Positions 20,155-30,749 of a stretch of DNA of 64,000 nt are shown one piece after another (position 1 is the first letter of the stretch; each line of letters begins with the position of its first letter). This DNA comes from Planctomycetota bacterium. GTDB taxonomy: Bacteria > Planctomycetota > PLA2 > JAEUHO01. Below the pieces are notes generated by a model. It had not been told where the DNA came from. It saw only the letters and a list, made by a program, of their open reading frames with translations, and did not search any database. The translations under genes and the position numbers were made by a program. The stretch is taken from the NCBI GenBank assembly GCA_965223505.1, contig CBDCWP010000044.1, positions 96,001-160,000 of the forward strand, read 5' to 3'.

Positions 20155-21138
20155 ATGCGTACCGCAATCGCACTGCTTTGCGTCTTCGCGTTGGGTTGGA
20201 CGGCCTCTCGATGGCACGACCCGGCGCCGGCGTCGGCCGCGGGTCCCGGGGACTTCAGCGACGTCATCGAGACGGCGGGACCGTCGATCGTGCACGTCAC
20301 CAACCGCCTGAAGCGCGGCGCCATGCCCAAGTCGCGCGACGACGCCGTCGGCGCCGGATTCCTGGTCTCCGCCGACGGGTTGATCGTCACCAGCCGGCAC
20401 GTGCTGAGCGGGGCGGACGTGGTCGTCGTTGGGGTCCCGGGGCGGGGCGTTCACCGCGCCGAGGTGCTCGGTGTCGATGACGCCACGGACATCGCGCTTT
20501 TGCGCGTCCCGGTTCGCGGGTGTCGTCCGCTGCCCGTCGGCCGGCCGGCTTCGCTGCGCCTCGGGCAGTGGGTGCTCGCCGCAGGGAGTCCCTACCGCCT
20601 GGCGCACTCCTGGTCCGCAGGCATCGTCAGCGGTCTGCATCGCAAGGGCATCGGCGTCAACCCGCGCGGCTACGAGAGTTACATCCAGACCGACGCCGCA
20701 GCGCACCTCGGCAACTCCGGCGGACCGTTGCTCGACATGAGCGGCAGCGTGGTCGGCGTGGTCACGGCGACGTTCTCCGGAAAGGGCGGCTATCAGGGCA
20801 TCACGTTGGCCATACCGATCGACGTCGTCATGCAGACGGTCCGGCGCATGCAGGGCGGCGGCGGGACGCCGCCGACGCTGGGGTTGCGCGGACGCGACGT
20901 CACGATCGCCGGACGGGCCGGCCTCCAGATCACGGGATTCGATCCCGGCTCGCCCGCGGCCCGTGCCGGACTCGCGGTCGGCGATCTCATCGTCGCCTTC
21001 GAGGGGAAGCCGATTGGATCAGCCGCCGAGCTTCGCCGTGCCGTGGGGATGCTCGAGCGCGGCGCGCGTGTGACGATCAGGTATCGACGTCCGCCGACTT
21101 CGACGAAGTCGACGGACGTTCAGGTCACGCTCAGGTAG
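20155..21138 (+). CDS. HtrA/DegP-family serine protease with one PDZ domain
   Basis: Signal peptide; triad TSRHV / TDIALL / GNSGGPL; IQTDAA; PDZ GSPAARAGL.VGDLI. Confidence 0.9.
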   Translation: MRTAIALLCVFALGWTASRWHDPAPASAAGPGDFSDVIETAGPSIVHVTNRLKRGAMPKSRDDAVGAGFLVSADGLIVTSRHVLSGADVVVVGVPGRGVHRAEVLGVDDATDIALLRVPVRGCRPLPVGRPASLRLGQWVLAAGSPYRLAHSWSAGIVSGLHRKGIGVNPRGYESYIQTDAAAHLGNSGGPLLDMSGSVVGVVTATFSGKGGYQGITLAIPIDVVMQTVRRMQGGGGTPPTLGLRGRDVTIAGRAGLQITGFDPGSPAARAGLAVGDLIVAFEGKPIGSAAELRRAVGMLERGARVTIRYRRPPTSTKSTDVQVTLR

Positions 21139-21198
21139 CCGCAGCACGACTTGCACGCGTAGCGAGAGCGTCGCTCAGCGCAGCAAGAGCATCGCGGG

Positions 21199-21807
21199 CT
21201 AGTAGCGACGGAGAATGCCGCGAACCACGCCGCGGATGTCGAGCTGCTGCGGCGGACGCACGTAGATCGGCTCCATCGCGCTGTTGCTCGGCTGCAGACG
21301 CATGGTCTGCCCGTCCGCTTCGCGATAGAGACGCTTCAACGTCGCTTCGCCGTCGACGATCGCCACGACGATGTCGCCGTCGCGCGCCTGCAGCGTGCTG
21401 TCGACCATGACGAGGTCGCCGTCGGCGATGTGATCCTCGATCATGCTCTGACCCACGACCCGCAGGAGATACGACTCGCGACCGGGCTCGATCGGCAGGA
21501 GCTCGTCCAGCGTGTAGATCTCGGGGTCTTCGACCGCCTCGATGGGGCGGCCGGCCGCGATGCGACCCAGCACCTTGACCGTCGGATCGGGCAGGTAGTC
21601 CCGATCGAGGATCTCGATGGAGCGCGAGCGCTGCGGCAGTTTGCGGATGGCGCCCTTCTTCACGAGCGCCGCAACGTGCTGATGCACGGTGACCCGGTGT
21701 ACCCCCAGCGAGTTCCCAATCTCCTCCAGTGTCGGAGAAGTGTTGTTCTGCTGACGGTAGTCCCGGATGAAGCTCATGATTTGGAGCTGCTTCGGTGTGT
21801 AGTTCAT
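21199..21807 (-). CDS. lexA: SOS transcriptional repressor LexA
   Basis: MNYTPKQLQI...SPTLEEIG wHTH; Ala-Gly cleavage site IAAGRP; catalytic GQSM and TLKR. Confidence 0.95.
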   Translation of the reverse strand: MNYTPKQLQIMSFIRDYRQQNNTSPTLEEIGNSLGVHRVTVHQHVAALVKKGAIRKLPQRSRSIEILDRDYLPDPTVKVLGRIAAGRPIEAVEDPEIYTLDELLPIEPGRESYLLRVVGQSMIEDHIADGDLVMVDSTLQARDGDIVVAIVDGEATLKRLYREADGQTMRLQPSNSAMEPIYVRPPQQLDIRGVVRGILRRY

Positions 21808-22008
21808 GTCCGGTCCCTCCCAACGGTCTGGATCGGTCGCACCCGCGAATCCCTTTGGGCATTGTTCTGTTGGAACCGCGTAAGGAGCACGTGGGGCGAT
21901 CCGGAGGGGGTGAAGTGATTGGGCGAACAACGTCCTATCGGCATTTGCAGGGTTGGATACCTCCAGAATCCGGGTCCTTTACATTTCGTCCTCGAAATCG
22001 ACCACTCG

Positions 22009-22233
22009 TCAGGCGCAGAGGGCCAATAACAGGGCTGTGGCGAGACCCGCCGCCGCCACGGCCTCGGCGAGCCGACCTCCTCCGTCGCGGGACGGAACGG
22101 AGGCAACGGACCCGGCCTGCGGGAAGGGTCGTCCGTACGGTCCGGGATCCGCTGCCTCCTGAACGAAGCGCCGCGCGCGCGAATCGCGCTTCGTTGCGAG
22201 GGCTCGGAGGATGTCGGGCTGGGTGAGTTCCAT
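22009..22233 (-). CDS. Possible small protein with C-terminal hydrophobic helix, upstream of lexA
   Basis: 74-aa ORF with ATG, an AGGA-like RBS and an AT-rich promoter-like region upstream; no recognisable homology. Confidence 0.35.
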   Translation of the reverse strand: MELTQPDILRALATKRDSRARRFVQEAADPGPYGRPFPQAGSVASVPSRDGGGRLAEAVAAAGLATALLLALCA

Positions 22234-22514
22234 ACGTTCATCCTAACCTAACGAGACACGTACACAAGATATTTGTTCGTATTTGCGTAGCGTCGATTTG
22301 AGCATCTTCGTTCCCAAGATCGTCCCGCTGTCTGCCTCGACCCCTCTCCCTCCCTCTCCCGCCCCCGCTCCCTCCGGCGCCCCCGCTCCCTCTCCGGCCA
22401 CGCTCCCGCTCCCGCTCCTGCATCCAAAAGAAGAGCGCCGGCGATTCGTGATTCCTCGTGACGTGTGCTTCACCATTCGCATCTAGCCTTCGCCGCTCGC
22501 GTGGGAGATCAGAC

Positions 22515-24818
22515 ATGGTTCGACGCACGGCGCTGTGGATGCTCCTGCCGCTGTTGGCGGCCTGCAGCGTGCGCCTGCCGCTTCCCGAGCGCCTGGGCGG
22601 CAGCGCGGGCCGCGCTCCGCTCTGGCCGGCCGCGGGCGCACCGATCCCGCCGTTGGTCCAGGAAGCGCGCACGGACGTGCGTGAGCACCGTCGCGGCGAG
22701 GCGCGCCGCAAGCTCGAGGAGGCCGGCGGCCTGGACCCGGCCCATCCCGAGCGCAGCTGGCTGCTCACGGCGCTTTGGACCGAGGACTGCGGTACGGCCC
22801 ACGCACGAAGCGAGACCGCGAAACTCCCCGCCGGGCCGTTCACCGCGGCCCTGCGCGCGCTCGCCGCCGAAGATCCCGCGCAAGCCCTCGACGACCTGCG
22901 GCCGTACCACCCGTGCGCCTGCCCCTGGGTGCACCTGGCGGCCGGCATCAACCACGGACGTCTGGGCGACACGAAGCGCGCGCTGTCGTCGGGACGCTTT
23001 GCCCTGCGCGGTGCGCCGGACCTGGTCCGCATGGAGGCGCACATGACGCGCGCGCGCGCACACCTTGCGGAGGGACGCGTGGAGGCGGCGGCGCGCTCGG
23101 CCGAGCTCGCCGACGTCCAGGGCGCCGATGCGCGCGTACCCGCGTTGCGTGCGCAGATCGCGCGCGCCACGGGGGCGCTGGACGAGGCAGCGGCGCATCT
23201 GCTCGACGCGATCGAGCGAGCGCCCGGCTCCGAGGTCCTTCCGCGTCGGCTCGCCGATCTGCTCCGGGATCGCGATGTAACGCTCGACTGGGAGGAGATG
23301 GAGCGCCGCTTCGCCGGGGCTGCGTCTACGAATCCCGAGCGGATCGCCTTGCGGGGCTGGATCGCCGGCAAGACCGGGCGGCGCAGCGATGCGATCTCGC
23401 ACTACCGCAGCGCGATCGAGCACAAGGCGGTGCCCGTACCCATCGATCGCGACCTGCGACGCGTTCTCTTCGAGGACGGCAGGTACGCCGAGGGGATCGA
23501 TCTGCTGCGTGCAGCCGTGCCGCCGGACGTGCTCAACGACCGCCGCAATCTGCGGAAGCCGCACTGGGACGCACTCTGGAACGCCGCTGCGGACGCCGAG
23601 GACGTTCGCGCTCCCGACGCCGCACGCGCCGCACTCGGCAAGGCGCTCGTCGGCGTGGGCGCGCTGCCGGAGGCGCTCTCCGTGCTGGCCGAGGTCGACA
23701 GTGACGACGCGCGCTCGCTCGCTGCGCGGGTCCAGGGGCATGTGGACTTCGAGAACGCGCTGCGCGAGATGATGGAAGCCGAGTACCGGGTCGGCATTCG
23801 ACAAGACGAGCCGGCGTCCTTCGAACAGGTCCTTCGACGCATCGCCGCGCTTGCCCGAACGCACGTCGCACCCGAGGACCGCGCCGCCTTCCGCAACCCG
23901 GCGCGCGGACTCAAGTCGTTCCCCTTCGTCGGTACGTGGCTCGATCACCACACCCACACGTCGAGCCCCGTCGTCGCGCACTTTCGCAAGTACGGACGAT
24001 TCGCGATGCTCGGTCAGCGTAGCGGCAGCCCGTCCGAAGCGATCGTCATGTCGATGGCGTCGCTCACCTGTCTGGAGCCGCTGCAGACGGCCGGCGGCAC
24101 CGTGCCGCACGACGTCGCGATCGGGTACGACCGAACGTTGCAGGGGTTCACGGGCGCCCAGGGCGGCGAGATCGGCGGCGCGTGCCTCGCGGACGGCATC
24201 TGGCTCGACGCGGACTCGGCGCGCATGGTCGAGTACGAGATTCGGCGCGCGCTCGAACGCGACGAGCACTTGCTGGCGACCGCCAACCGCGTCCGCCCGC
24301 CGCTCGCCAACACGATCGACGGACCGTTCGCGATGGGGGACGAAGGGTGCGCCGTCGTGCGTCTCATTGCCCGCTACGTGGAGCGTCGCAAGGACTCGGT
24401 GTGGGGCAGCTTCGGGACGCTCCGCGCCCACGAGTTCGGACACGCGCTCGACATCCACCGGCACCTGCCCGTCTTGCAGGGGCTGCCCGCGAGCCTCGCG
24501 CTGCTGTTCCGCAACGGGCTGTCGCCGACCAAGATCGAGATGGAGCTCGAGGAGCGCGCGCAGCTGACCGCGTGTGTCTTCGCGCCGGATCCGGACCTCG
24601 CGCTGGCCGAGATGCTGCTCGCGTTTCCCGTGACCGAGCGCGTCCCCGAGGTGCACGCCGGCGGGTACCGCGACGGCGTCGCGCGGATCTGCCGGCACGT
24701 CTACGCGCGGCCCGATCTCTACCCGCAGATCGACCGCTCGCGCCGCATCGTGGCGCAGCTCGACCAACTCACGAACGAGCAGATCCGCAGGGCGGCCCGC
24801 GCCGCGCTGCGCCGGTAG
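22515..24818 (+). CDS. TPR lipoprotein with C-terminal HExxH zincin-like motif
   Basis: GGAGA RBS; lipobox LAAC; helical TPR-like repeats; RAHEFGH followed by ELEERA (possible third ligand). Confidence 0.7.
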   Translation: MVRRTALWMLLPLLAACSVRLPLPERLGGSAGRAPLWPAAGAPIPPLVQEARTDVREHRRGEARRKLEEAGGLDPAHPERSWLLTALWTEDCGTAHARSETAKLPAGPFTAALRALAAEDPAQALDDLRPYHPCACPWVHLAAGINHGRLGDTKRALSSGRFALRGAPDLVRMEAHMTRARAHLAEGRVEAAARSAELADVQGADARVPALRAQIARATGALDEAAAHLLDAIERAPGSEVLPRRLADLLRDRDVTLDWEEMERRFAGAASTNPERIALRGWIAGKTGRRSDAISHYRSAIEHKAVPVPIDRDLRRVLFEDGRYAEGIDLLRAAVPPDVLNDRRNLRKPHWDALWNAAADAEDVRAPDAARAALGKALVGVGALPEALSVLAEVDSDDARSLAARVQGHVDFENALREMMEAEYRVGIRQDEPASFEQVLRRIAALARTHVAPEDRAAFRNPARGLKSFPFVGTWLDHHTHTSSPVVAHFRKYGRFAMLGQRSGSPSEAIVMSMASLTCLEPLQTAGGTVPHDVAIGYDRTLQGFTGAQGGEIGGACLADGIWLDADSARMVEYEIRRALERDEHLLATANRVRPPLANTIDGPFAMGDEGCAVVRLIARYVERRKDSVWGSFGTLRAHEFGHALDIHRHLPVLQGLPASLALLFRNGLSPTKIEMELEERAQLTACVFAPDPDLALAEMLLAFPVTERVPEVHAGGYRDGVARICRHVYARPDLYPQIDRSRRIVAQLDQLTNEQIRRAARAALRR

Positions 24819-24888
24819 GGTGGGGCCGCCCGGGGCGCGCGACGACTCGGTCCGTCGCTCCCCGCCGCGGAGGTGGTACGCTCGATCC

Positions 24889-27800
24889 ATGGCTTCGCAG
24901 CGAGCCCGCGCCGGTCGTTCTGCACACCGCCCGCGGGCGGTGTGGTGGATCCCGGTCTGCTTGCTCGTCTGGTGTGCCGGCAGCCGCGCCGAAGACGAAC
25001 CGCAAGACACGAAGCCGCCGGTCGAGGTCATTCGCCTCGCGAACATCCAAGCGGACCCGGGCGGCGACGCCGAGCGGCTCGCCCGGCAGGCCGTCACGGC
25101 GTTCGGCGAGCAACGCTTCGACGACGCGTATCACGAGCTCGTCGCGCTCGCCGAACAGCACCCGCGCGTGCCCGTCGCGGTCCGGCCCATGGCCCAACCC
25201 TTCGGCGGCGAGGACGACGACGCGCTGCGCTGGCCCGCCAGGCTCGCAGCGAACGTCATGCTCGCGCGCCTGCCCGAGCCCGTGCAGGAGCGCTTGCAGG
25301 CGCGTTGGGGCGCGGCAGCGCGGATCCTGTTCGACCGCGTCCGCCGGAACGATCGCGACGCCCTCCAGACGCTTGCGTACGACTTCGGTGCGCTGAAGGC
25401 AGGCGGCTACGCGCTGCGCCTGCTCGCCGATCACGCGCTCGCCGCCGGTGACTTCGCCGCCGTCGCGAGGCACCTGGAGACCTGGTTCGTGCTGCGGCCC
25501 GCCGCGTCCGTGTCGCAGCGGTTGGCGGTGACCGCGCGGTTGGGTTCGGCCTACATCGCCCTCGACGACGCCGGCGGTCTCAAGCGCCTCGTTCGCGCGC
25601 AGGACGACCTGCTTGGAGAGCGCATCGAGATCGGCGGGACGCCGACGACCTTGAGTCGCTTCCTCGCGCGCAAGCGCAAGCCCGACCTTCGCGCGGAGCA
25701 CGTCGACGCCAAGCTGCCCGACGCGGTCCGGCTCCTCTGGACGCGATCCGTGCGTGACACGCGTTGGCTGCGTCCGCGCGCGCAGCGGCCGTTCGTGCAA
25801 CATCGCCCCGTCGTCGCCGGCGCACTCGCCGAGCCGGACACGCTCGTTCTCCACGAAGGCCGGACGGTTCGCCGCGTCGATCCGGTGACCGGCGCGGAGC
25901 TATGGCGCTACCCGCGGGTTCCGCATCCGAGGCTGCACGCACCGTCGTCGCGGTACTGGCCGCACGATCTGCCCATGCGCGACGTCACCCGCGCGGGCAA
26001 TCTGGTCTTCGTGGCGCTGGGGCACTCGTCCGCCGCCGGCCAATACCCCTTCCTGGCCGAGATGATCGACCCCAACGAGTTCGGGCAGGAGCTGCGCGTT
26101 CGGCTGCTCGCGCTCGACGTCCGCACGGGTGACGTCCGGTGGATGAGCGGAGCGCCCACGGACACGCATCCGATTCTCGGCGACCGCGCGACGGGCTGCG
26201 CGTCGCCGCCGCTGATCGTCGGCGACAAGCTCTACTGCGTGTTCGCGCGCGGCCGCGGCATCGGCGAGTTCTTCCTCGCCTGCCTCGACGCTCGAACCGG
26301 CGAGCCGCACTGGGTCACCGGCATCGCGGGGGGAAGCAGCGGCCGGACGCCGGACACCTCCGAGATCGAGCGCTTCGCCGGGCAATTCCTCGAGGCGTTG
26401 CCGTGGGGGGCGCGGCCTTCACTCGCCGACGACGAAGTCTGCGTGCTCACCCACGCCGGCTTCGCAGCCGGAGTGGGAGCCCGCAAGGGCACGCTTCGTT
26501 GGCTGCGCGCGCTGCCGCGCTACGACCAACGCACGCAAATCGACGCGAGGGCGGGCCACAGCGCGCGCAACGCGCCGCTCGCCTGGGGCGACAGCTGGAT
26601 TCTCGCACCGTTGGACTGTCCGCGGCTGCTGTGCATCGCGCGCGGCACCGGCGCGCTGCGGTGGCACGTCGGTCAACCCTCCGCCGATCAGGCGCCGCCG
26701 TGGCGCGATCTGCTGGGTGTCGGATACGACCCCGCCGGCCGTGCCCTCTTGCGCTTGAACGACGCGCGCCTGACGCGTCTCGATCCGCGCAACGGACAGT
26801 TCCCTCCGATCGAGCTGAGCGGACAGTGGAACTTCGGCATGACCGGACCCCTGGCCGTGCGGCCGTTCGAACAGGACGGACAGATCGTGACGGTACAAAA
26901 CGGACTGCTGCAGGCACTTGCCTGGAGTCCGCGCACGGCCGCGCCGGCGGGTGTCGCACCGGAGCCGGTGACCGTGGAGCTGCCGGACGGATGCCCGCGA
27001 TACGGCGACGTCTATCGCTGCGGCGACATCTGGCTGGTGCTCAACGACGACCGGGTCGCCGCCTTCGCGGACGCGGGGTACGAGCCGGATGCCGGCGGCG
27101 CGGGGACCGGACCGATCGCCAGCGTGCGTGCGGCCCAGCGCTCGCGCCTCGACGACGATCCCGCGGCGTTCGAGAGGGCGCTGACCGCGATCGAGGCGAT
27201 GTCCGACGCCGACGAACGCGCGATCGCGTTCCGCGGCGCCGCCCGCGTGCTCCGTCATTGGCTGTGGCGCCGCACCCTGGACACGGACTCGCTGGGCGAG
27301 CCGGCGGTCCGGCGCCTCGTTCGCACGGCGGCGACGTGGGTCGCACGCTTCCCGTCCGACCTGCGCGGCGAGCTGTACGCGCAGGTGATCGACGCGCTCG
27401 TCGAACATCGTCAAACGTCACGCGCCGTCCGCCTGATCGACGAGTGGATCGCGGACCCGGGCTCGCGCCTGATTCTGCATCCCGACGATGCCGATTTGCG
27501 CTTCGAGCGCGAAGACGGGACGCTGCGACGGTCCGTGCCGCCCGAGCCGGACGACGAAGGCGGCGTCAGGCTGCGCGGCGATCTTCTCGCAGCGTCCTAT
27601 CTGCGCAAGCTCCGCGCCCGGCCCTTCGCGCAACAGTCGCTGACGCTGCGCGACGCGGAACACGCGCTCACCATGGGCAAGGCGCTGGAGGCCGACGAGA
27701 AGACGCTGCGCGAAGCGATTCGTCACGCCGTGGGATCCGAAGCCGCCGCCCGCGGACGGCTCGCGCTCCTGGCCCGCATGGAGCGGGACGCGCGGTGGAC

Positions 27801-29721
27801 CGCGGCGGCGGCCGTCTCGGCCGACCGGCGGCTCGATCCGACGCCCCGTCAGCGCGCGCGGGCGCAGGCATTCCTGCGCGATGCCGCGCGCTGGCAGATG
27901 AAGGAGTCCGGGTGGTGGGCGGATCGCAGCGCGCCCGATCACGCGCGTTCGCTCGCGGCGGACCTGGTGCAGTGGGCGCCCGCAGGTGTGCAGGACGTGC
28001 TGGGTCGCACTCCGGCGCGCTGGCGGCAGCTGCTGCGGGACACCTACGCCGTCGAGCCGGTCCGCAGCGATCCGGCGCCCTTCGACATCGACGCGTGGCG
28101 GGGCCTACCGGATCCCACCAGCCGCGATGCGTTGTCCGGCGTCCGGTTTGCGGGTTTGCACGGACCGGGGATGACGAGCTGGGACGAAGACAACCTCGTC
28201 CTCGTGCGCGGTTTGAGCGTCGAGGTGTGGTCGGCACAGCGCGGCGAGCGGCGAGGCGCGCTGCCGGGGAACGACGAGGGGTGGTTCGGCGGCAGCTTGA
28301 ACGGCGTGCACGCCTGCGTGCCGGGCGGCGGCATTCTCGTCACGAACGTGGTCGCGGCGGAACCGGCGGACAAGTCCGGCGTGCACAGCGGCGACTGGAT
28401 TCGCACGTGGAACGGCGAGCCGGTCGCGGACATGCCCGCGTTCATGCGTCGCGTGTCCGAGACCGCGCCGGGCCGCACGGTCCCGGTCGAGGTCTATCGC
28501 AACGGCAAGCTGATCCTGGAGAAGTTCACGGCCGGTCGCCGTCCCGTCGAGGAGAAGCCGCCGATGGAGTACGGCGAGCTCTGGGTCGCCGAAGACGGCC
28601 GCGTGCTGTTCCCGGGCCGGCGCGGCTTGAGCTGGGTCGATCCGGTCGCGCTGACCCGCGAGCCGGCGTGGACCTGGGACGGCGACGGCGTCGTGCGGCG
28701 CGTGCGGGTCATCGGCGGCGAGGCCTACGTGCACGTCGAGCGTCGCGACTTGGGCGACTTCGTGGTGCGCGTCGACATGGAGCGCGGCGAAGAGCTGTGG
28801 CGGCGTCGCGTGGACGGGCGGGTGCTCGACATGCAGGCCACCGGCAGCGCGTTGTGGGTGCGGGTGACCCGGCCCGCGGCCGGTTGGCTCCTGGATCGTC
28901 ATGACGGCACCGTGCGCGGCGCGTATCGCGCCATTGACATGCGCCGTGACGAGTACCGGCGCACTTGGGTGCCCGGGCACGCGACGGACGCGGCCCCGGC
29001 CGGCCGAGCGTTCGTCGTCGACGGCGACGTCTTCGATCCGATCCTGCACTACATCAACACGACGACGGGCCTCGTCGAACACAGCGAGGAGTGGACCGCG
29101 CCGGAGCCGCAGTTCGACCCGATGGTCTCCGCGGACGCCTTCGTGGCCGTCATTCGCGGCGCCAGCAATTTCCACTTCCACGTGGCCGACCCGCTCGGCC
29201 GCACGCCGCCCGAGAGTCACTCACAGACCGTCGAGAGCACGCTGCTGTTCGTGGACCAGACGAACGGCGGTCGCTTCAGTGCGGATGCGCGAATCCGTGT
29301 GCTCGGCAATCGCGTCTACATCGTGCGCAACACGCCGGCGCACAAGGTCACGGTCTGGATCGCCGAGCTGGACGTCTCGGAGCTTCCGGAGCGTGTCGGC
29401 CGTCCGTCCTCCAGCGCGCCGCAGCGCGCCGGCCAGCCGCTGAAGATCCAGACGCGCGCGATGATGCTCTCCGGCGCCCGCTACTGGCCCTACGTGTTGC
29501 AGATCGACCCGACGTTCGAAGGCGTCTTCGTGACGGCGGCGTTTCTCGGCAACGATCACGACGTCCACGTCAGCTTCATCACGCCGACCATGACGGCGCG
29601 GCCGTTCTTCGACGGCAAAGTGCAGGACGCACGCCGTCACGGTCCGGTGCGATCCGGCAACCGCGTCGTGATTCCGCACGACCGCGGCGCGCGCATCGTC
29701 GGCCTCGCGAAACCCGAGTAG
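24889..29721 (+). CDS. Large exported PQQ-like beta-propeller protein with PDZ domain
   Basis: Signal peptide ending SRA-ED; repeated A.D..TG...W blades; PDZ (VTNVVAAEPADKSGVHSGDWI...VEVYRNG). Confidence 0.8.
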   Translation: MASQRARAGRSAHRPRAVWWIPVCLLVWCAGSRAEDEPQDTKPPVEVIRLANIQADPGGDAERLARQAVTAFGEQRFDDAYHELVALAEQHPRVPVAVRPMAQPFGGEDDDALRWPARLAANVMLARLPEPVQERLQARWGAAARILFDRVRRNDRDALQTLAYDFGALKAGGYALRLLADHALAAGDFAAVARHLETWFVLRPAASVSQRLAVTARLGSAYIALDDAGGLKRLVRAQDDLLGERIEIGGTPTTLSRFLARKRKPDLRAEHVDAKLPDAVRLLWTRSVRDTRWLRPRAQRPFVQHRPVVAGALAEPDTLVLHEGRTVRRVDPVTGAELWRYPRVPHPRLHAPSSRYWPHDLPMRDVTRAGNLVFVALGHSSAAGQYPFLAEMIDPNEFGQELRVRLLALDVRTGDVRWMSGAPTDTHPILGDRATGCASPPLIVGDKLYCVFARGRGIGEFFLACLDARTGEPHWVTGIAGGSSGRTPDTSEIERFAGQFLEALPWGARPSLADDEVCVLTHAGFAAGVGARKGTLRWLRALPRYDQRTQIDARAGHSARNAPLAWGDSWILAPLDCPRLLCIARGTGALRWHVGQPSADQAPPWRDLLGVGYDPAGRALLRLNDARLTRLDPRNGQFPPIELSGQWNFGMTGPLAVRPFEQDGQIVTVQNGLLQALAWSPRTAAPAGVAPEPVTVELPDGCPRYGDVYRCGDIWLVLNDDRVAAFADAGYEPDAGGAGTGPIASVRAAQRSRLDDDPAAFERALTAIEAMSDADERAIAFRGAARVLRHWLWRRTLDTDSLGEPAVRRLVRTAATWVARFPSDLRGELYAQVIDALVEHRQTSRAVRLIDEWIADPGSRLILHPDDADLRFEREDGTLRRSVPPEPDDEGGVRLRGDLLAASYLRKLRARPFAQQSLTLRDAEHALTMGKALEADEKTLREAIRHAVGSEAAARGRLALLARMERDARWTAAAAVSADRRLDPTPRQRARAQAFLRDAARWQMKESGWWADRSAPDHARSLAADLVQWAPAGVQDVLGRTPARWRQLLRDTYAVEPVRSDPAPFDIDAWRGLPDPTSRDALSGVRFAGLHGPGMTSWDEDNLVLVRGLSVEVWSAQRGERRGALPGNDEGWFGGSLNGVHACVPGGGILVTNVVAAEPADKSGVHSGDWIRTWNGEPVADMPAFMRRVSETAPGRTVPVEVYRNGKLILEKFTAGRRPVEEKPPMEYGELWVAEDGRVLFPGRRGLSWVDPVALTREPAWTWDGDGVVRRVRVIGGEAYVHVERRDLGDFVVRVDMERGEELWRRRVDGRVLDMQATGSALWVRVTRPAAGWLLDRHDGTVRGAYRAIDMRRDEYRRTWVPGHATDAAPAGRAFVVDGDVFDPILHYINTTTGLVEHSEEWTAPEPQFDPMVSADAFVAVIRGASNFHFHVADPLGRTPPESHSQTVESTLLFVDQTNGGRFSADARIRVLGNRVYIVRNTPAHKVTVWIAELDVSELPERVGRPSSSAPQRAGQPLKIQTRAMMLSGARYWPYVLQIDPTFEGVFVTAAFLGNDHDVHVSFITPTMTARPFFDGKVQDARRHGPVRSGNRVVIPHDRGARIVGLAKPE

Positions 29722-29782
29722 CGCTGGGGTCGCGAGCGCGTGCCCGGCGCGACGAGAGGATTGCCGGGCGCAGCCGCAGAGC

Positions 29783-30247
29783 CTAGTTCGCCGCGACGAG
29801 CAGCTCGACGACCTCTTCGGGCGTCGCGTCCCCGATCACCTTCGCGCGCACCTCCTCGAGCTTGAGGCGCTTGGACAGCTGCGCGAGCAGCTCGAGATAC
29901 GGCTGTTGGGCGTCTTGCGGTCCGGCGATCAACACCGCGATGTGCACCGGCTTGGCGTCGATCGAGCCGAATTCGATGCCGGCCTGCTGCCGACCGACCG
30001 CCACCACGAATTCGGAAACGCTCGGGATGCGCGCGTGGGGGATCGCGATGCCGAGGCCGATGCCGGTGCTCAGCAGATTCTCGCGTTCACGGACCGCCGC
30101 GAGCAGCGCGTCGCGGTCGCCCACGCCGTCGGTTGCCGCCACTGCGTCCACGAGCTCAACCAACGCCTGGTCCTTGGTGCGTGCCGTCAAGTTCACCACA
30201 CGCGAAGGATCGAGGTGGTGCTTGAGGTCGACTTTCGCTCGCTCCAT
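29783..30247 (-). CDS. ptsN: PTS EIIA (Ntr/Fru-type) protein
   Basis: RENLLSTGIGLGIAIPHAR phospho-His signature; FGSIDAKPVH. Confidence 0.85.
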   Translation of the reverse strand: MERAKVDLKHHLDPSRVVNLTARTKDQALVELVDAVAATDGVGDRDALLAAVRERENLLSTGIGLGIAIPHARIPSVSEFVVAVGRQQAGIEFGSIDAKPVHIAVLIAGPQDAQQPYLELLAQLSKRLKLEEVRAKVIGDATPEEVVELLVAAN

Positions 30248-30298
30248 CGATGCGATCCTCGTTCGCGGCTTCCGGAATCGTTCCGCGCGCCGTGCAAG

Positions 30299-30700
30299 CT
30301 ACCGGTGTTTGCGTCCGCAGGAAACATTGCGTCGAACGATCACGCGGGATCGTCCGTCGTCGAAGAGCACCGTCACGAGATCGACGCGGACGACGCCCGC
30401 TTGGAACCGCGGCAGCCTGCGAAGGTACCGGGCGATCTCCGCGAGGCGCCGGCGTTTGCGACGATCGACCCGCGCGGCAAGTGTCGAAGGCGTGCACCCG
30501 GTTCCGCTCTTCACCTCGACGACCACGCACTGGCCCGCATGGCGTGCCAGCAGATCGACCTCGCCCGCGGGCGTGCGCCACCGGCGCGCGAGGATGCGGT
30601 AGCCCAACCGGCGGAGGTGGCGTTCCGCCAGGCGTTCACCACGCAAACCCAGGCGCGCCGCGGGCGAGCGATTCCGTCTTCGGATCGAGAACCACCGCAA
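30299..30700 (-). CDS. yraN: YraN family (UPF0102) putative endonuclease
   Basis: G.RGERLA..HL...GYRIL.R.W....GEVDL.A.....VVVEVK, RVDLV. Confidence 0.88.
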   Translation of the reverse strand: MRWFSIRRRNRSPAARLGLRGERLAERHLRRLGYRILARRWRTPAGEVDLLARHAGQCVVVEVKSGTGCTPSTLAARVDRRKRRRLAEIARYLRRLPRFQAGVVRVDLVTVLFDDGRSRVIVRRNVSCGRKHR

Positions 30701-30749
30701 CGCGACCCCGTCTCGTTTGGGGGCGTCATCGCGCGACGGGGCGAGGGGG

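Noticed and set aside
21979..22011. C-A-TGA at the end of the small ORF as a second selenocysteine site
   Set aside because: Readthrough adds only 9 residues before TAA and no convincing SECIS was seen.
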